Positions 1-10,949 of a stretch of 64,000 nucleotides of DNA are shown in pieces. The stretch covers positions 133,427,498 through 133,491,497 of the forward strand of contig NC_068984.1 of assembly GCF_001194135.2 (NCBI RefSeq). Reading direction: 5' to 3'. The position numbers and the translations under genes were made by a program. This DNA is from Octopus bimaculoides. Its lineage: Eukaryota. The stretch's first letter is position 1. Every line of letters starts with the position of its first letter. The notes beneath the pieces are model-generated. The model saw only the letters and a list, made by a program, of their open reading frames with translations. It was not told the DNA's origin and did not search any database.

Positions 1-52
<52 letters not shown>

Positions 53-132
53 GTCAGTCAATAAAAAAAAAACATATATCAGAAAGATGCACACGCTAAA
101 AAATAGAGCAGTAATTATTACAGCAAAATTTT

Positions 133-201
133 ATATAGAGTTACCGAAGGTTTCGCATCCACAAAGCCAAAGCCTTGTGGACAATTCGTGAGATTCTATA
201 T
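133..201 (-). ncRNA. Degenerate type I hammerhead ribozyme downstream of a PLE ORF
   Basis: Minus strand reads ATATAGAAT-CTCACGA-AT-TGTCCACAAGG(ctttgg)CTTTGTGGATG-C-GAAA-CC(ttc)GG-TA-ACTCTATAT. This gives stem I (8 of 9 bp), an 11-bp stem II, a short stem III and a GUA triplet. The core is CUGANGA with G5 changed to C. Confidence 0.7.
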
Positions 202-362
202 GAATACAAAATTTTTAAATGTCTACATTGCAGACGTGAAGAAACTCGAGAAATCCGAAAAAGCGTTAATGAGTACGGGTTATTTCCCCTTAATCAGAGA
301 GAAAAATAAAAAAAACTTTTATAGACACGGAGAGGCCTAACAAGCAAACGGGGGGCGGGGGT

Positions 363-1160
363 CTAATTTTCTAGTAAGTAGTGCTTGAAGTGGATGCATT
401 TAAAAAACACTTCCTTATGGCTGTTTAATGCGCCAGGCTTCTTAAAGTCCTTAAGAATTTTAATTTTCTCCGCAATGCAGATCTTGCAACAGCCACTTCC
501 ATTAATATACGTGCCCGGAAAATCAATTCATTTCCACCTGACGTCACACGGGGCCCCTTGATCTTTGAGGTGCCACACATGACGGGCCAGGGACGTGACA
601 AACCGTCTTTCTGGGACTCTGAATGATGACTGGTGGTTAAGAAAACATTTCTTGTACGAAATACTTGTAGTCCTATTGGCACTCCTGGTAACATATGGAA
701 CGAGGCTGGTCATCCGATTGGTGTCGAAGATGAATGTTTGGTCCTCATCTGAGGTGGCGGAACTGGGAGCAGTAGATACCCCCTCCAAGTCGTTGATTTT
801 TGATAGGTCATTATTCCCAGGAGCATCATTTGTACTGGTCACTCTATCTGCATCTATGGTTTGTTCATTAATCATGATAGTGGTACCGGGATCTTCGGTG
901 ATGCTCTCTGTGATGCTGGTCCTGGCTTGGTTACTATCTCTGGGTCTGGCAACTGTATTGGCGTGAGACCTGACTAATCTGCTAATGATGTTGCTGTTCG
1001 ATGTTATGTTACTGTTATTATGGATATTAGGTCTGGGTATCACTGTGACCCCTTCAGCTTCGCATCGGCCTCCTACTGGACAGATATTATATACCCTACA
1101 AGAGCAAACTGCCTCCTCCCTTTTATTGTGGGAACTTGATAACTCCGTGAAGATATACAT
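363..1160 (-). mobile_element. Penelope-like retroelement GIY-YIG endonuclease region, inactivated
   Basis: Translation gives SSHNK..CSCRVYNICPVGGRC, then YKKCFLNHQSSF..TSLARHVWHLKD..VRWK*IDFPGTYINGSGCCKICIAEK..LNSHKEVFFKCIH. This matches the C-terminal PLE endonuclease motif order. Premature TGA at 528-530; the window starts with (TA)n. Confidence 0.85.
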
Positions 1161-1214
1161 AAAATAAGAAACTCTAACAGGTCCTTAGTCTTCTTCGATA
1201 AGACTAAGAACTTA

Positions 1215-2055
1215 TGCGCTTTTTATGTGCCACCAGCATGGATGCCAGTCAGGAAGCACTGGCATCAGTCACGATACCAATTTGACTTGACTCAACAGGT
1301 CTTCTCAAGCTCGACATATTGCCCGACGATTGAAGGATACTTTCAAATGGGCCAGTTATGCAGCACTGGCATCAGCCATGGCTACGATCTCACTTAGCTT
1401 GCTGGGTCCTCTCAAGCACAGCATATCTCCAAAGGCCTTAGTCGCTTGTCATTATCTCTGTGAGGCCCAACGTTCAAAGGTCATGCTTCATCACCTCATC
1501 CCAGGTCTTCCTGGGTCTACCTCTTCCACAGGTTCCCTCCACTGTTAAGGTGTGACACTTCACACAGCTGTCCTCATCCATATGTAACACATGACCATAC
1601 CAGTGCAGTCGTCTCTCTTGCACACCACATCTGATGCTTCTTATGTCCAACTTTTCTCTCAGGGTGCTTATACTCTGTTGTGTATGCACACTGACATTAC
1701 ACATCCAGCAGAGCATGCTAGCTTCATTTTTTTTCAAGCTTACGCATGTCCTCACCAGTCACAGACCATGTTTCACTGCTGTGTAGCATGATTGTTCGCA
1801 CACATGCATCATACAGTCTACCTTTCACTCTGAGCAAGAGGCCCTTTGTTACCAGCAGAGGTAGTAGCTCTCTCAACTTTGCCCAGGTTATTCTTATTCT
1901 AGCAGCTACACTTTCAGAGCATCCACCCCTGCTACTGACTTGGTCATCTAGGTAACGAAACTATCAACTACTTCTAGTTCCCCACCCCCTAGCATGTGAT
2001 GGAATCTCTTTTCTGTACATCTTCGGTGTTTATTTCCCCTGTGCATCTATTTGCT
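1215..2055 (-). mobile_element. 5'-truncated RTE-clade LINE (RT C-terminus plus 3' UTR)
   Basis: Frameshifted EVVDSFRYL..VAARIRITWAKLRELLPLL and RRLHWYGHVLHMDEDSCVKCHTLTVEGTCGRGRPRKTWDEVMKHDL. Confidence 0.9.
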
Positions 2056-2813
2056 GCCATAGTAAGGCACGCAGAGTGAAGCTGCTTGGCACAGATTGAC
2101 CTTGAACGCTGCTGTGCATGTGCACTAAGTTTTAACATTCTAGCTCACTTCTGCTATTTATAGTAGTGCTCTGAAGAAAGGTGTATCAGTTGTAGTAGTA
2201 GTATCAGCTGTAGTAATAACAGCAACAGCAGTAGTAATAGTAGTAGTGATAACAATAAAAGTGAAAGTAGTCTTGTTTGCTTATTTTATCAAATTTTGTG
2301 TCGTCTTCTTCCAAGTAATCAAACCATTTTCAAGTTGTTGCCATGCAATATTATTGCTGAATCAGTTGTTTAAATACCAAGCAGTAAAAAATGAATTCAA
2401 GAAGACAGAGAGACTGACAACAGAAATTGCAACAGCAACATTGCTGTTGTTGGTTTATTGAGGCAAAAATTCAAGGATGAACAATAAATAAATTCAGCAG
2501 ATAAACAAATAGAGTTTACTTTACAACATTGACATTAGTAAGTTGTACTTAACACAAGTGTTACATTCATCTGATGTGTTTTGTTTGTGATCAAAAGTAC
2601 ACTCTACTGTTTAGTTTTGTTTTGTTTGTCTCATTTACTCAGGAGAAATTATGTGTGAAATACTGCAGTTCATTTGTTCAATAAGTCAACTTGCATTTCA
2701 TCTATGAATTTGTTTTAGTCATAATTTTTTTATGTGACAGACACAAGTTATATTTCATATAATACATACATACATACATACATACATACATACATACATA
2801 CATACATGTATAT

Positions 2814-3086
2814 NNNNNNNNNNNNNNNNNNNNNNNNNNNNNNNNNNNNNNNNNNNNNNNNNNNNNNNNNNNNNNNNNNNNNNNNNNNNNNNNNNNNNNN
2901 NNNNNNNNNNNNNNNNNNNNNNNNNNNNNNNNNNNNNNNNNNNNNNNNNNNNNNNNNNNNNNNNNNNNNNNNNNNNNNNNNNNNNNNNNNNNNNNNNNNN
3001 NNNNNNNNNNNNNNNNNNNNNNNNNNNNNNNNNNNNNNNNNNNNNNNNNNNNNNNNNNNNNNNNNNNNNNNNNNNNNNNNNNNNNA
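2814..3086. other. Assembly gap (N run); other gaps at 5918-5927, 20161-20703 and 58471-58631
   Basis: N runs, mostly next to microsatellites or inside repeats. Confidence 1.
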
Positions 3087-3235
3087 CTGTAAAGTGGTTG
3101 GTGTTAGGAAGGGTATCCAGCTGTAAAAATCCTGCCATAACAGTCACAAGTTTGGTGCAGGCTTCGGTGTGGCCAGCTCTTGTACCATCCCACCCATGCT
3201 AGCATGGAACACGGACGTTAAATGATGATGATGAT
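3087..3235 (+). mobile_element. RTE-type 3' end fragment with (GAT)n tail
   Basis: gtggttggtgttaggaagggtatccagctgtaaaaat...catgctagcatggaacacggacgttaaatgatgatg, the same tail seen at 20704-20935. Confidence 0.75.
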
Positions 3236-3256
3236 AATATATATGTATGTGTGGGA

Positions 3257-3291
<35 letters not shown>

Positions 3292-3325
3292 TTCATAAAA
3301 GGACAGCCAGACAGCCAGATAGATA

Positions 3326-3547
3326 TAGCAGGGGTGCTGAAAAGTTCCTGGCTTTGGGTGAAAGAAAATACAAGAGGATCAGTTAATTATGATTTTATTG
3401 AACATATTCCCCTCTCAGATTCATGCACTTATTTCAGTGGTCCTCCAGTTTTTCTAAGCCCTGTAAAAGAACTCAGAACGTTGGACCTCAAACCAGGCCT
3501 TTCACGATACCCTTAAACCAGAAACTTTTCAGCCCCCATCCCTCATA
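3326..3547. mobile_element. Mariner-type MITE
   Basis: Terminal inverted repeats GGGGTGCTGAAAAGTTCCTGG and CCAGAAACTTTTCAGCCCCC about 220 bp apart, TA-flanked, with no ORF. Confidence 0.75.
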
Positions 3548-3689
3548 AACTATGTGTAAATTCTGAACAGTGATGAGTGTTTTATGTCACCCATTTTATT
3601 TTCCTTAGTTTTGCAGTCAGCAGAGTGCTTTGCAAATATATGGATCACTTTTTATCACCCATGACACTGTTTTACGCATGCACACACAC

Positions 3690-3850
3690 ACAGTAGGCTT
3701 CCACACAGTTTCTGTCTACCAAATCTACTCACAAGACTTTGGCCTGCTCGAGGCTATGGTAGGATATGATTGCCCAAAGTACCAAGCAGTAGGACTGTAA
3801 CAGAAACCATGTGGTTAGGAAGCAAACTTCTTTACCACACAGTCACGTCT
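3690..3850 (-). mobile_element. tRNA-derived CORE-like SINE, 5' half
   Basis: Reverse complement of the family head (ggctgtgtggtaa...cacatggtt...ccttgggcaa...ccaaagtcttgtgagt). Confidence 0.7.
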
Positions 3851-4029
3851 GTATATATAAGTTTAAAGGTAGTCAACTAAGGAATATATGAAATAAATTT
3901 AGAAAAATTGTAGCTGCTGGAATGTTAACAGGTATGGTGGAATAATTAGGCATTATAATAAGTGTGCAATGTTAGTTAAGAAAGTGAGTATGAATGTGGA
4001 GCATTGTTTAGCATTGACTTGATCCATAA

Positions 4030-4300
4030 TCTTTGCAAATTATGCCAACATGGAAGGCAGATGCAAGATGACAAAGCTGTATATGACTATGGTATGTCCA
4101 CACTTAGATTTTGCATCACCAGTCTGGAACTCCTATCTTGCTCGGCAAGGTGCATGCAATCAGACGAATACTTGCTGTCAGACATCTACCATACTCTGAA
4201 CGTCTTTCTTCCCTGGGCATTTACACATTAAAGCTATGATGTCTGGCAACTGACTTGGTAGATACCCACTAGATTATCCACCATCTTTCTGACGACAACA
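4030..4300 (+). mobile_element. Degenerate CR1/L2-type LINE RT C-terminal fragment
   Basis: KLYMTMVCPHLDFASPVWNSYLAR...PYSERLSSLGIYTLKL resembles the CR1-like LYKALVRPHLEYASPVW..LPYSERL motif. Confidence 0.7.
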
Positions 4301-5949
4301 ACAACCCCGAGTACCTTCTTGAATAACGGCTGAATTTTATGATGACAATGATGATGATGATGACGACGACGACGACAGTTATGATACAGACAGATGATAG
4401 AAGTATATGATGAATGATGATTGAAAAATTGCTGAAAGATGTTGGTGGAAGATACAAAAGTTGTTTGAAACAGTTTTGAGATTTGATCATTGAGATTTAA
4501 ATCAAGTCAGGTAAATAAACCTCATAAAACGGTGCTAAATTTTGTAAATATGTGAAACCCTTATCAGTAAGTTAATGTTAAAATAAATGTGACGTACAAA
4601 GAAAACAATTAAGTCTGTAGATAAAAATTGAAAGAGAAGTATCATAATTTTATATTTAATCTTTTATATATGCATGATAACATGCAAAGGCAGAAATATT
4701 ATTACTATACTGAACTTTTTCAATATTTGTAATCTATTTCTGTTTGTTATTTAGTTGGAGAAGGAGAAAAATCATTACTACGAAAAGCTATTCAAAATGA
4801 GGTTATATAGAGTTGCTTCCCTTAAATCATTAAAATAATACATTTGATGACCCTAAAATTCTAAAATCTAAAAACATTCCAAATAGGAAAATTTTTAAAA
4901 TCCGAAAATTTATTGAGCAAGAGAAATGCCTCAAATAGAAAATTCTTGAAAGCATTTAGGAATGTTCTAAAATAAGAGAATATATTGTAGATAGGCATAG
5001 AATGAAAGTGCAAGAAGTGAGATTGTTGTATAGCTGTTTTATGTGGTTCACATGTTGAACCAAATGTGTGAAAAGTGCTAACCAAGGCTAACACCAAAGT
5101 TAGATTTTTGATGCTCACAGTATTGAAAATGTTAACCCCACTCTTAGATGTTTACTTCAAACACAATGGAGTTTGCAAACAACAATGTACAACATGCTAA
5201 CACTGATGTGTAACATGTTAGCAATAATATATGATATATTAGCATCACTGCTACATAACATAATAGCATCGTCGTGTAATATGGAAGCTATACTGTACCA
5301 TGTGTTAGCAATACTACCTATTATACTAAAAATACTGTACAGAATTCATACAGATCTTCATAATAATGTATTCACATATTGCATTATAATATAGGTCACC
5401 CAAAATACTAAATAGAAAAATCACTAGTGCAGTGCATAGAATGCCTCATAGTTTTGTTTTTGATACATGGGGCCCTAATTTAAAATCTGAGGTCAGCTTT
5501 GTATTTCATCCTTTCAGGATCGATAATGAAAAAGAATAACAGTCCAGGGGTGCCGAATTGGTAGAAATGTCCCAGCATCAGACTGGATAATTTGCAGTAT
5601 TTGTCTCAATTTTTTGTGTCCTGAGTTCAAATACCACTGTAGCCTACTTGGGTGCTAGACTTAATCCCTCTCCCAGTTTAATAACACCACTTCGGGAACT
5701 GAATGCCTTTCATGGAGTCCATTCTTTTCCAAGAATTTGGGCCAGCTCTCCAGTTTAAGGATACCTTCTTTCCTCCTCTCTAGTCTTGGAGACCCTGTGA
5801 TTGGTCTGCCTTCATACTTGTCCACAAAATAAAAAAACAACATAGTACCACTGTGTGCTAAGACAGTAGTACTTTATGATTTGTTACTTAAATTGTATGA
5901 TATATATGTATATATATNNNNNNNNNNTATATATGTATGTATCTATGTA

Positions 5950-6445
5950 TACTCAGGTTGATATAGTAGAGTTTTACCCATCTTTATCCAGGTCTCTACT
6001 CTGTAGAGCACAAAATTTTGCTAAGGAGTACGTTTCTATTAGCAATTCCAATGTTGACATTATTTTGCATGCCACGAAATCTCTACTTTTTTTTTGACAA
6101 CACAGCATGGGTCAAAAAGAATGGAGACTCCTTATTCAATGTACCAACAGGTGCATATGACAACAGAATTGTACATGTTAATAGGTATTTACATCTTATA
6201 CAATTTGAATATAGAATTTCCTTCACTAAATACAGGATTATATAGGGATGATTGCCTTATAGTTACCTTCAATATGAACGGGCATGATCTTGATGGCCTT
6301 AGGAAGAATCTCATTGCATTCTTCCAAAGAATGGGTTTAAGAATCATGATAGACAAACCTGAACAACATTAATTTCTTAGACATAAATCTAGATTTAGAA
6401 TCTAATAGCTTTAAACCCTTTCATAAGCCTAATGAAAGGCTATTC
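5950..6445 (+). mobile_element. Penelope-like reverse transcriptase fragment
   Basis: Across frameshifts: DIVEFYPSL..IILHATKSLLF/DNTAWVKK..LFNVPTGAYD/GLYRDDCL..LRKNLIAFFQRMGLRI/NFLDINLDLESNSFKPFHKPN. YRDD catalytic motif; bounded by (TA)n on both sides. Confidence 0.9.
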
Positions 6446-6449
6446 TGTA

Positions 6450-6503
<54 letters not shown>

Positions 6504-6825
6504 CCACTCTCATATGTTGTAATGTTTTATGGCATGCAAGTGATACTAAAGAAAAGTCTTGCAAGTAACAAGGTATGGCATGTTCAGAACACTATTATAA
6601 GTTGGCAACAGTGCATAATATGTCACCAACATAATATGCTACAATATTTTCCCATAATGTCTTTTCAAAATGTATAATTTATAATTTTGAATTTCTATTA
6701 TTTCAATGTTTGTCTAGATTTACATTGATATTGAAAATTCATCAATTGTTTTTGAGTTATTTTCAATGTAAAACAACAATTCAATATAAATTTAAAATTT
6801 AAAAAAAAAAGAACTTGCAAAGCCT

Positions 6826-7769
6826 TTAAAATATTATATGATTGTTTTTCTTGTTGTGGATCCTTTTAAGATAACATATTGCTAAAAATAACCCTAGTTC
6901 AATTAAACTTAATGAAAATATGAGTATCATCAGTACCTTGTGACTTATGTGTTGAAACATTAAAACAGCTGTATAAGGAATAACTATTTCACCAACTCCA
7001 TTGGCCATTAATGATGTGTACAAAATAATGACATCCAACTCCAAGAATGATCCAGCCCATGTCATTACAGATGGTAGAAAAGACGATTGAAAGAAACCGT
7101 ACCCTGACGAACCAACCCAAATGTAAGCAATTTCAAATTTGAACAAGAACAGGGTTGTTGTAAATATCACTAAACCTACAAAATTGAGGGTGAGTAATAC
7201 TTGCATGGATATATATCTTGAGAGAAACACATTAGTTATTCTTCCAAGCAAAACTGAACCCCAGAACAGTGCAGTTATAGTGGCCATAACAGATTTAGAT
7301 TGAAACAGTGGAGATGATATTCCATAAAGGGTCAATAAATGACTATAGGTTATGATACTTCCATATACAGGAATATGAAAGAGGAAAATTAAAATAATGA
7401 AGGCTAGTTTGCCTTTTAGATTTACTGATCTGACAGAAGGTAAATCTAATATGACAGTATAGTCAACTCTTTTTACCTTCTTCAGTAGTTCTTCAATAAA
7501 ATAGTAGAAGAATGCCAGAATTGGTGGGACTAATATAAGAGATACAATCATGTAGGGATAAGAAATCCTGTTAGGGGTCGTATAACAAGTGTCTTTCGTG
7601 CATTCAGTGATGGAAGTGATGTTGGCATTTGAATAAATAATCGAGTGGCTCTGGAATGCTCTGACTATGAATGCAATGGTGAGTCCAGAAAAAGCTGAAG
7701 CTACAGGCAAGCTCAACATTTGCCAATTATGGTTTGATGGAAATAGGCACAGGCATAATGCATAGCAAT
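6826..7769 (-). CDS. MFS transporter, MFSD4/NaGLT1-like, last coding exon
   Basis: Polypyrimidine tttttcag acceptor at 7770; opens with 2 nt that complete TAT with the T from exon 2. Open to the stop at 6826 with multiple hydrophobic segments and FWGSVLLGRI, GSSGYGFFQSSFLPS motifs. Confidence 0.9.
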
Positions 7770-9288
7770 CTGAAAAATGAAAAAAAAAAGTAAAAACAGA
7801 CTTTTACATTAAAGAATAAAAGGTACAGTGAGTTTGTAGAAATAGTACGGTACTAAGTTTCAGAGTCTACACAGCGCATACAATTAGCATCTATATTTAA
7901 TTGTATCTCTGAATAATATGCTGATACTTTAAATAGTTTCTTGCCTCCAAATCAATGGCATCTCTGTTACTGCTCACCATCTAGTGAGGATAATTCACAT
8001 CACCGCCTCTTCTTTTTTTTTTTGTTTTTGGTTCTGAGTTCAATCCATGCTATAGTCAACTTCTCTTTTCATTCTTCTACTTAGCTGTCTCAAATGTATT
8101 GGGACTGAAACACTTTCCTCCACCATTGCATAAAACTGACAGAGCACCAACCAGTTAATTGCAAGGAGTGTGTGGTGTTATGTGACACGAAGAGGTGAGT
8201 TGCATTACCTTCACTAGATGATGAGCAGCTACGGAGATGTCATAGATTGGTAAAGTTTGGATTTGGAGGTGAGAAACTATATAAAATATCAGAGTATTAT
8301 TTACAGATGCAATTAAATGAAGATGCTAATTGTATGTGGTGTGTAGACATGTTTCAGAACAAAGTTAGTGTATAGGATGTAGCCAAAACAGATGATATGC
8401 ATTAGAGATAGAAAATATGAAGTAAGATGTATTTTTTTATATGTTGGCATCCAGTTTGGCCTGAAGTTCAAAGACCTTTGGGTAGAAAAGGGAGATTTGT
8501 CCAATTGTTTTGATATTTGATTTCATTCTTCATATTCTTTTAGAGTAATTTTCTTGAGAGAAGAAAACAGCCAAACAACTGAACTTCGCAAATACTTCAG
8601 AAATGACAAAAAAGAAAAAAGTATTCCAGCTTTGCTTTTCCCTGCAACACCCTGCATCATTTATATAATATAACCTGCTTTTTATTAGTAAAAGTAGAAT
8701 ATTTCTTTGCTTTAAAGACCAAAGTTGCTTTATCATGTTCTACCTCGTTTTATACTATCATTGGCTGCTCATCGAGAACATAGTTAGATGCCTAAGTAAC
8801 TGAAAATATCTATCATAACCACCGAACATCTGATGAATCTATTTTAGCTTTTCTGAATGTTCTCATTGTTAGTTATGCACTGTTTAATAGACTGCTGGTC
8901 ACATTGTCATAAGTTCAAACTTTTCTACAACCATTGTAACCATGAAGAACTAGGCTTGTACTCTCCCTGCTTTGTTACTAAAAAGATTGGTTCTACTCTT
9001 ATTTACGTTTAAATGGTTAGATGTAGGAACAATCTTGAGTAAGTAACTCAACCTACAAGAAATAGAAGCCAACTCTGTTTCAAATCACATTCTAAGGAAA
9101 GAGAACATATTGGATGATATATTTTTAATATACACAGGAAAATGGTTGGTCTTGATGGGAATTCATTTGATTATAGGCCTACTCACTCAGAGATGACCTA
9201 GGGTTGAATAATAACATTATCTGGTTTATCCAAATTTATGACAGTTATCCCAATTATGTTAGTGTCAAAAGCAGTAAGAGGTACTTAC

Positions 9289-9574
9289 AAGCATCAACCA
9301 ATCCTTTCGAGAGGCCTTGTAAAAAAAATAGAATTAGAGTATTTGTGAGATTTCCAGCCAAAGGAATGAAAAAAGTAGCTATGGCCCCTAATAACAGACT
9401 GACAGTTATAAATAGATACATGCTTTTAAATTTTAAACATGCACTGCTAATAAGGATTCCAATGAAATTTCCTGCAGATGTGGTTGGCAAAATAACGTTT
9501 ATTTCATTGACATGTCGGTGAATATTCTCTGCAAGGTCTGGTAGACTTGGACCAATAATACCATTGTTGAAACC
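9289..9574 (-). CDS. MFS transporter, MFSD4/NaGLT1-like, coding exon 2
   Basis: ttttcag|GGTTTCAAC...GATGCTT|gtaagt; encodes GFNNGIIGPSLPDLAENIH...GLSKGLVDA, typical of the MFSD4/fucose-permease-like N-terminus. Confidence 0.92.
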
Positions 9575-9959
9575 CTGAAAAATCATTATAAATTAATAAA
9601 TATGAATATATTTAAATAGATAAATTACTTCATACGCATACAACAGAAATAAAAGTGAAGTAAATGGAAACAACAAGCTAAAGGTAAGGAAAGATATGTA
9701 ATGAAATAAAGTAAAATAAAATAAAATAAAGTATGGGAGACATAGATCTAGAAGTAAGCCAAAGGAGTTACATTTTTAGAGTTACTTAGTATTTAGATTA
9801 CATGCTATTAGTTTAATTACCAGTATAGATATGCGGAGGATCAATGATACATTTATGGACATTGTACAACTAATATATACATAATTTATATGAAAGACTT
9901 ATTATAGCTAATTAGTTGATATATTAAAATATACATTAGATATATATATTTGTTTGTTG

Positions 9960-10085
9960 TCACTCCGTCGCTTACGACGTCGAGGGTTCCAGTTGATCCA
10001 ATCAACGGAACAGCCTGCTCGTGAAATTAACATGCAAGTGGCTGAGCACTCCACAGACACATGTACCCTTAACGTAGTTCTCAGG
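9960..10085 (-). mobile_element. SINE 3' fragment (family of 30525-30908)
   Basis: Reverse complement of gggtacacgtgtctgtggagtgctcagccacttgcacgttaatttc...gacggagtg. Confidence 0.8.
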
Positions 10086-10576
10086 TGAAGAGGATTCAGT
10101 TCTCTCAGTAAAATTAAGAGAATTTACAATACTCTGTTCAAGAACAAGGATTTGATTTTGAAGGAAATCAAATCTTTGTAAAGGTTAATAAGCTGTTTTG
10201 CTTATAATATTATTGTTTCATTTTCAAATAATCACTGTCTTATGAATAAAGTTTGGTTGATGATTGTTTTATGACAAAGATAAAATAATAAGATTTATTT
10301 GCTTCTAGCATTCTTTTCATGACAGTATGTTTTGTCTGTTTTAGGTTGCAAAGATGTTGACTTTTACAGCAAGGATGTTGATAGGCAAGCAAAGTAAAAG
10401 GTTTCAAGCATCAGTATTAGCTGAGAGACCCTTCCAATGCATTTGTGAGGATATTATAGGAGAAATTGAATAAATGTGTCGTACTTTAAATTAAAAACAA
10501 TTGTTGAGAATTTTAGTTAAAGCAAAAAGGGCAAGTTTTAAAATATGAAAAGCAATTATAAACAAATATAACTTAC

Positions 10577-10642
10577 ATTCAAGCAGAAAGCCCAACATAG
10601 CCAAACCAGTTGAAAATATTTCATACTTTCAGTTGATTCCAT
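10577..10642 (-). CDS. MFS transporter, MFSD4/NaGLT1-like, coding exon 1
   Basis: ATG..MESTESMKYFQLVWLCWAFCLN|gtaagt, 66 nt, phase 0, joins exon 2 in frame. Total CDS is 1296 nt (431 aa). Confidence 0.8.
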
Positions 10643-10949
10643 TAGCAAATTTGAACTATACAGAGAACACATAAGAGAAGTAGGTGACTAAGCTGCAAAC
10701 ATAAAATATATTCAAATTCAGTGTTTAATAGGCCATTGAATTAGAAATAATATTTGTTATATTATTTTCATTGTAAACATATAACAATAACTTTAAAATA
10801 TCCATATGAATAATTGGATAATTATAATTCTAAACTGTGTTGTAGAATAGTCAATATGTAAATATTAATTATATTTCACTCATTATTCTTATCATTTGTA
10901 AAGTTCTGAGTTTTCTTTTATCATGCAAAAAGGGAATTGCATAATTGAT

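Noticed and set aside
528-530. In-frame TGA in the PLE endonuclease as selenocysteine (some PLE clades encode selenoproteins)
   Set aside because: It aligns to a hydrophobic position (WK-x-I), not a Cys. I see no SECIS-like AUGA/AA/GA hairpin downstream, and the copy has other signs of decay.
595-966. 123-aa plus-strand hydrophobic ORF
   Set aside because: It is the antisense shadow of the low-complexity PLE insertion and has no recognisable motif.
2063-2082. TAAGGCACGC match to the 5' end of miR-124
   Set aside because: Only 10 nt match, there is no precursor hairpin, and the second copy of the repeat (about 22660) lacks the match.
5661-5843. Protein-like minus ORF ending LESWPKFLEKNGLHERHSVPEVVLLNWERD
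   Set aside because: No convincing acceptor, no partner exon and no family recognised.
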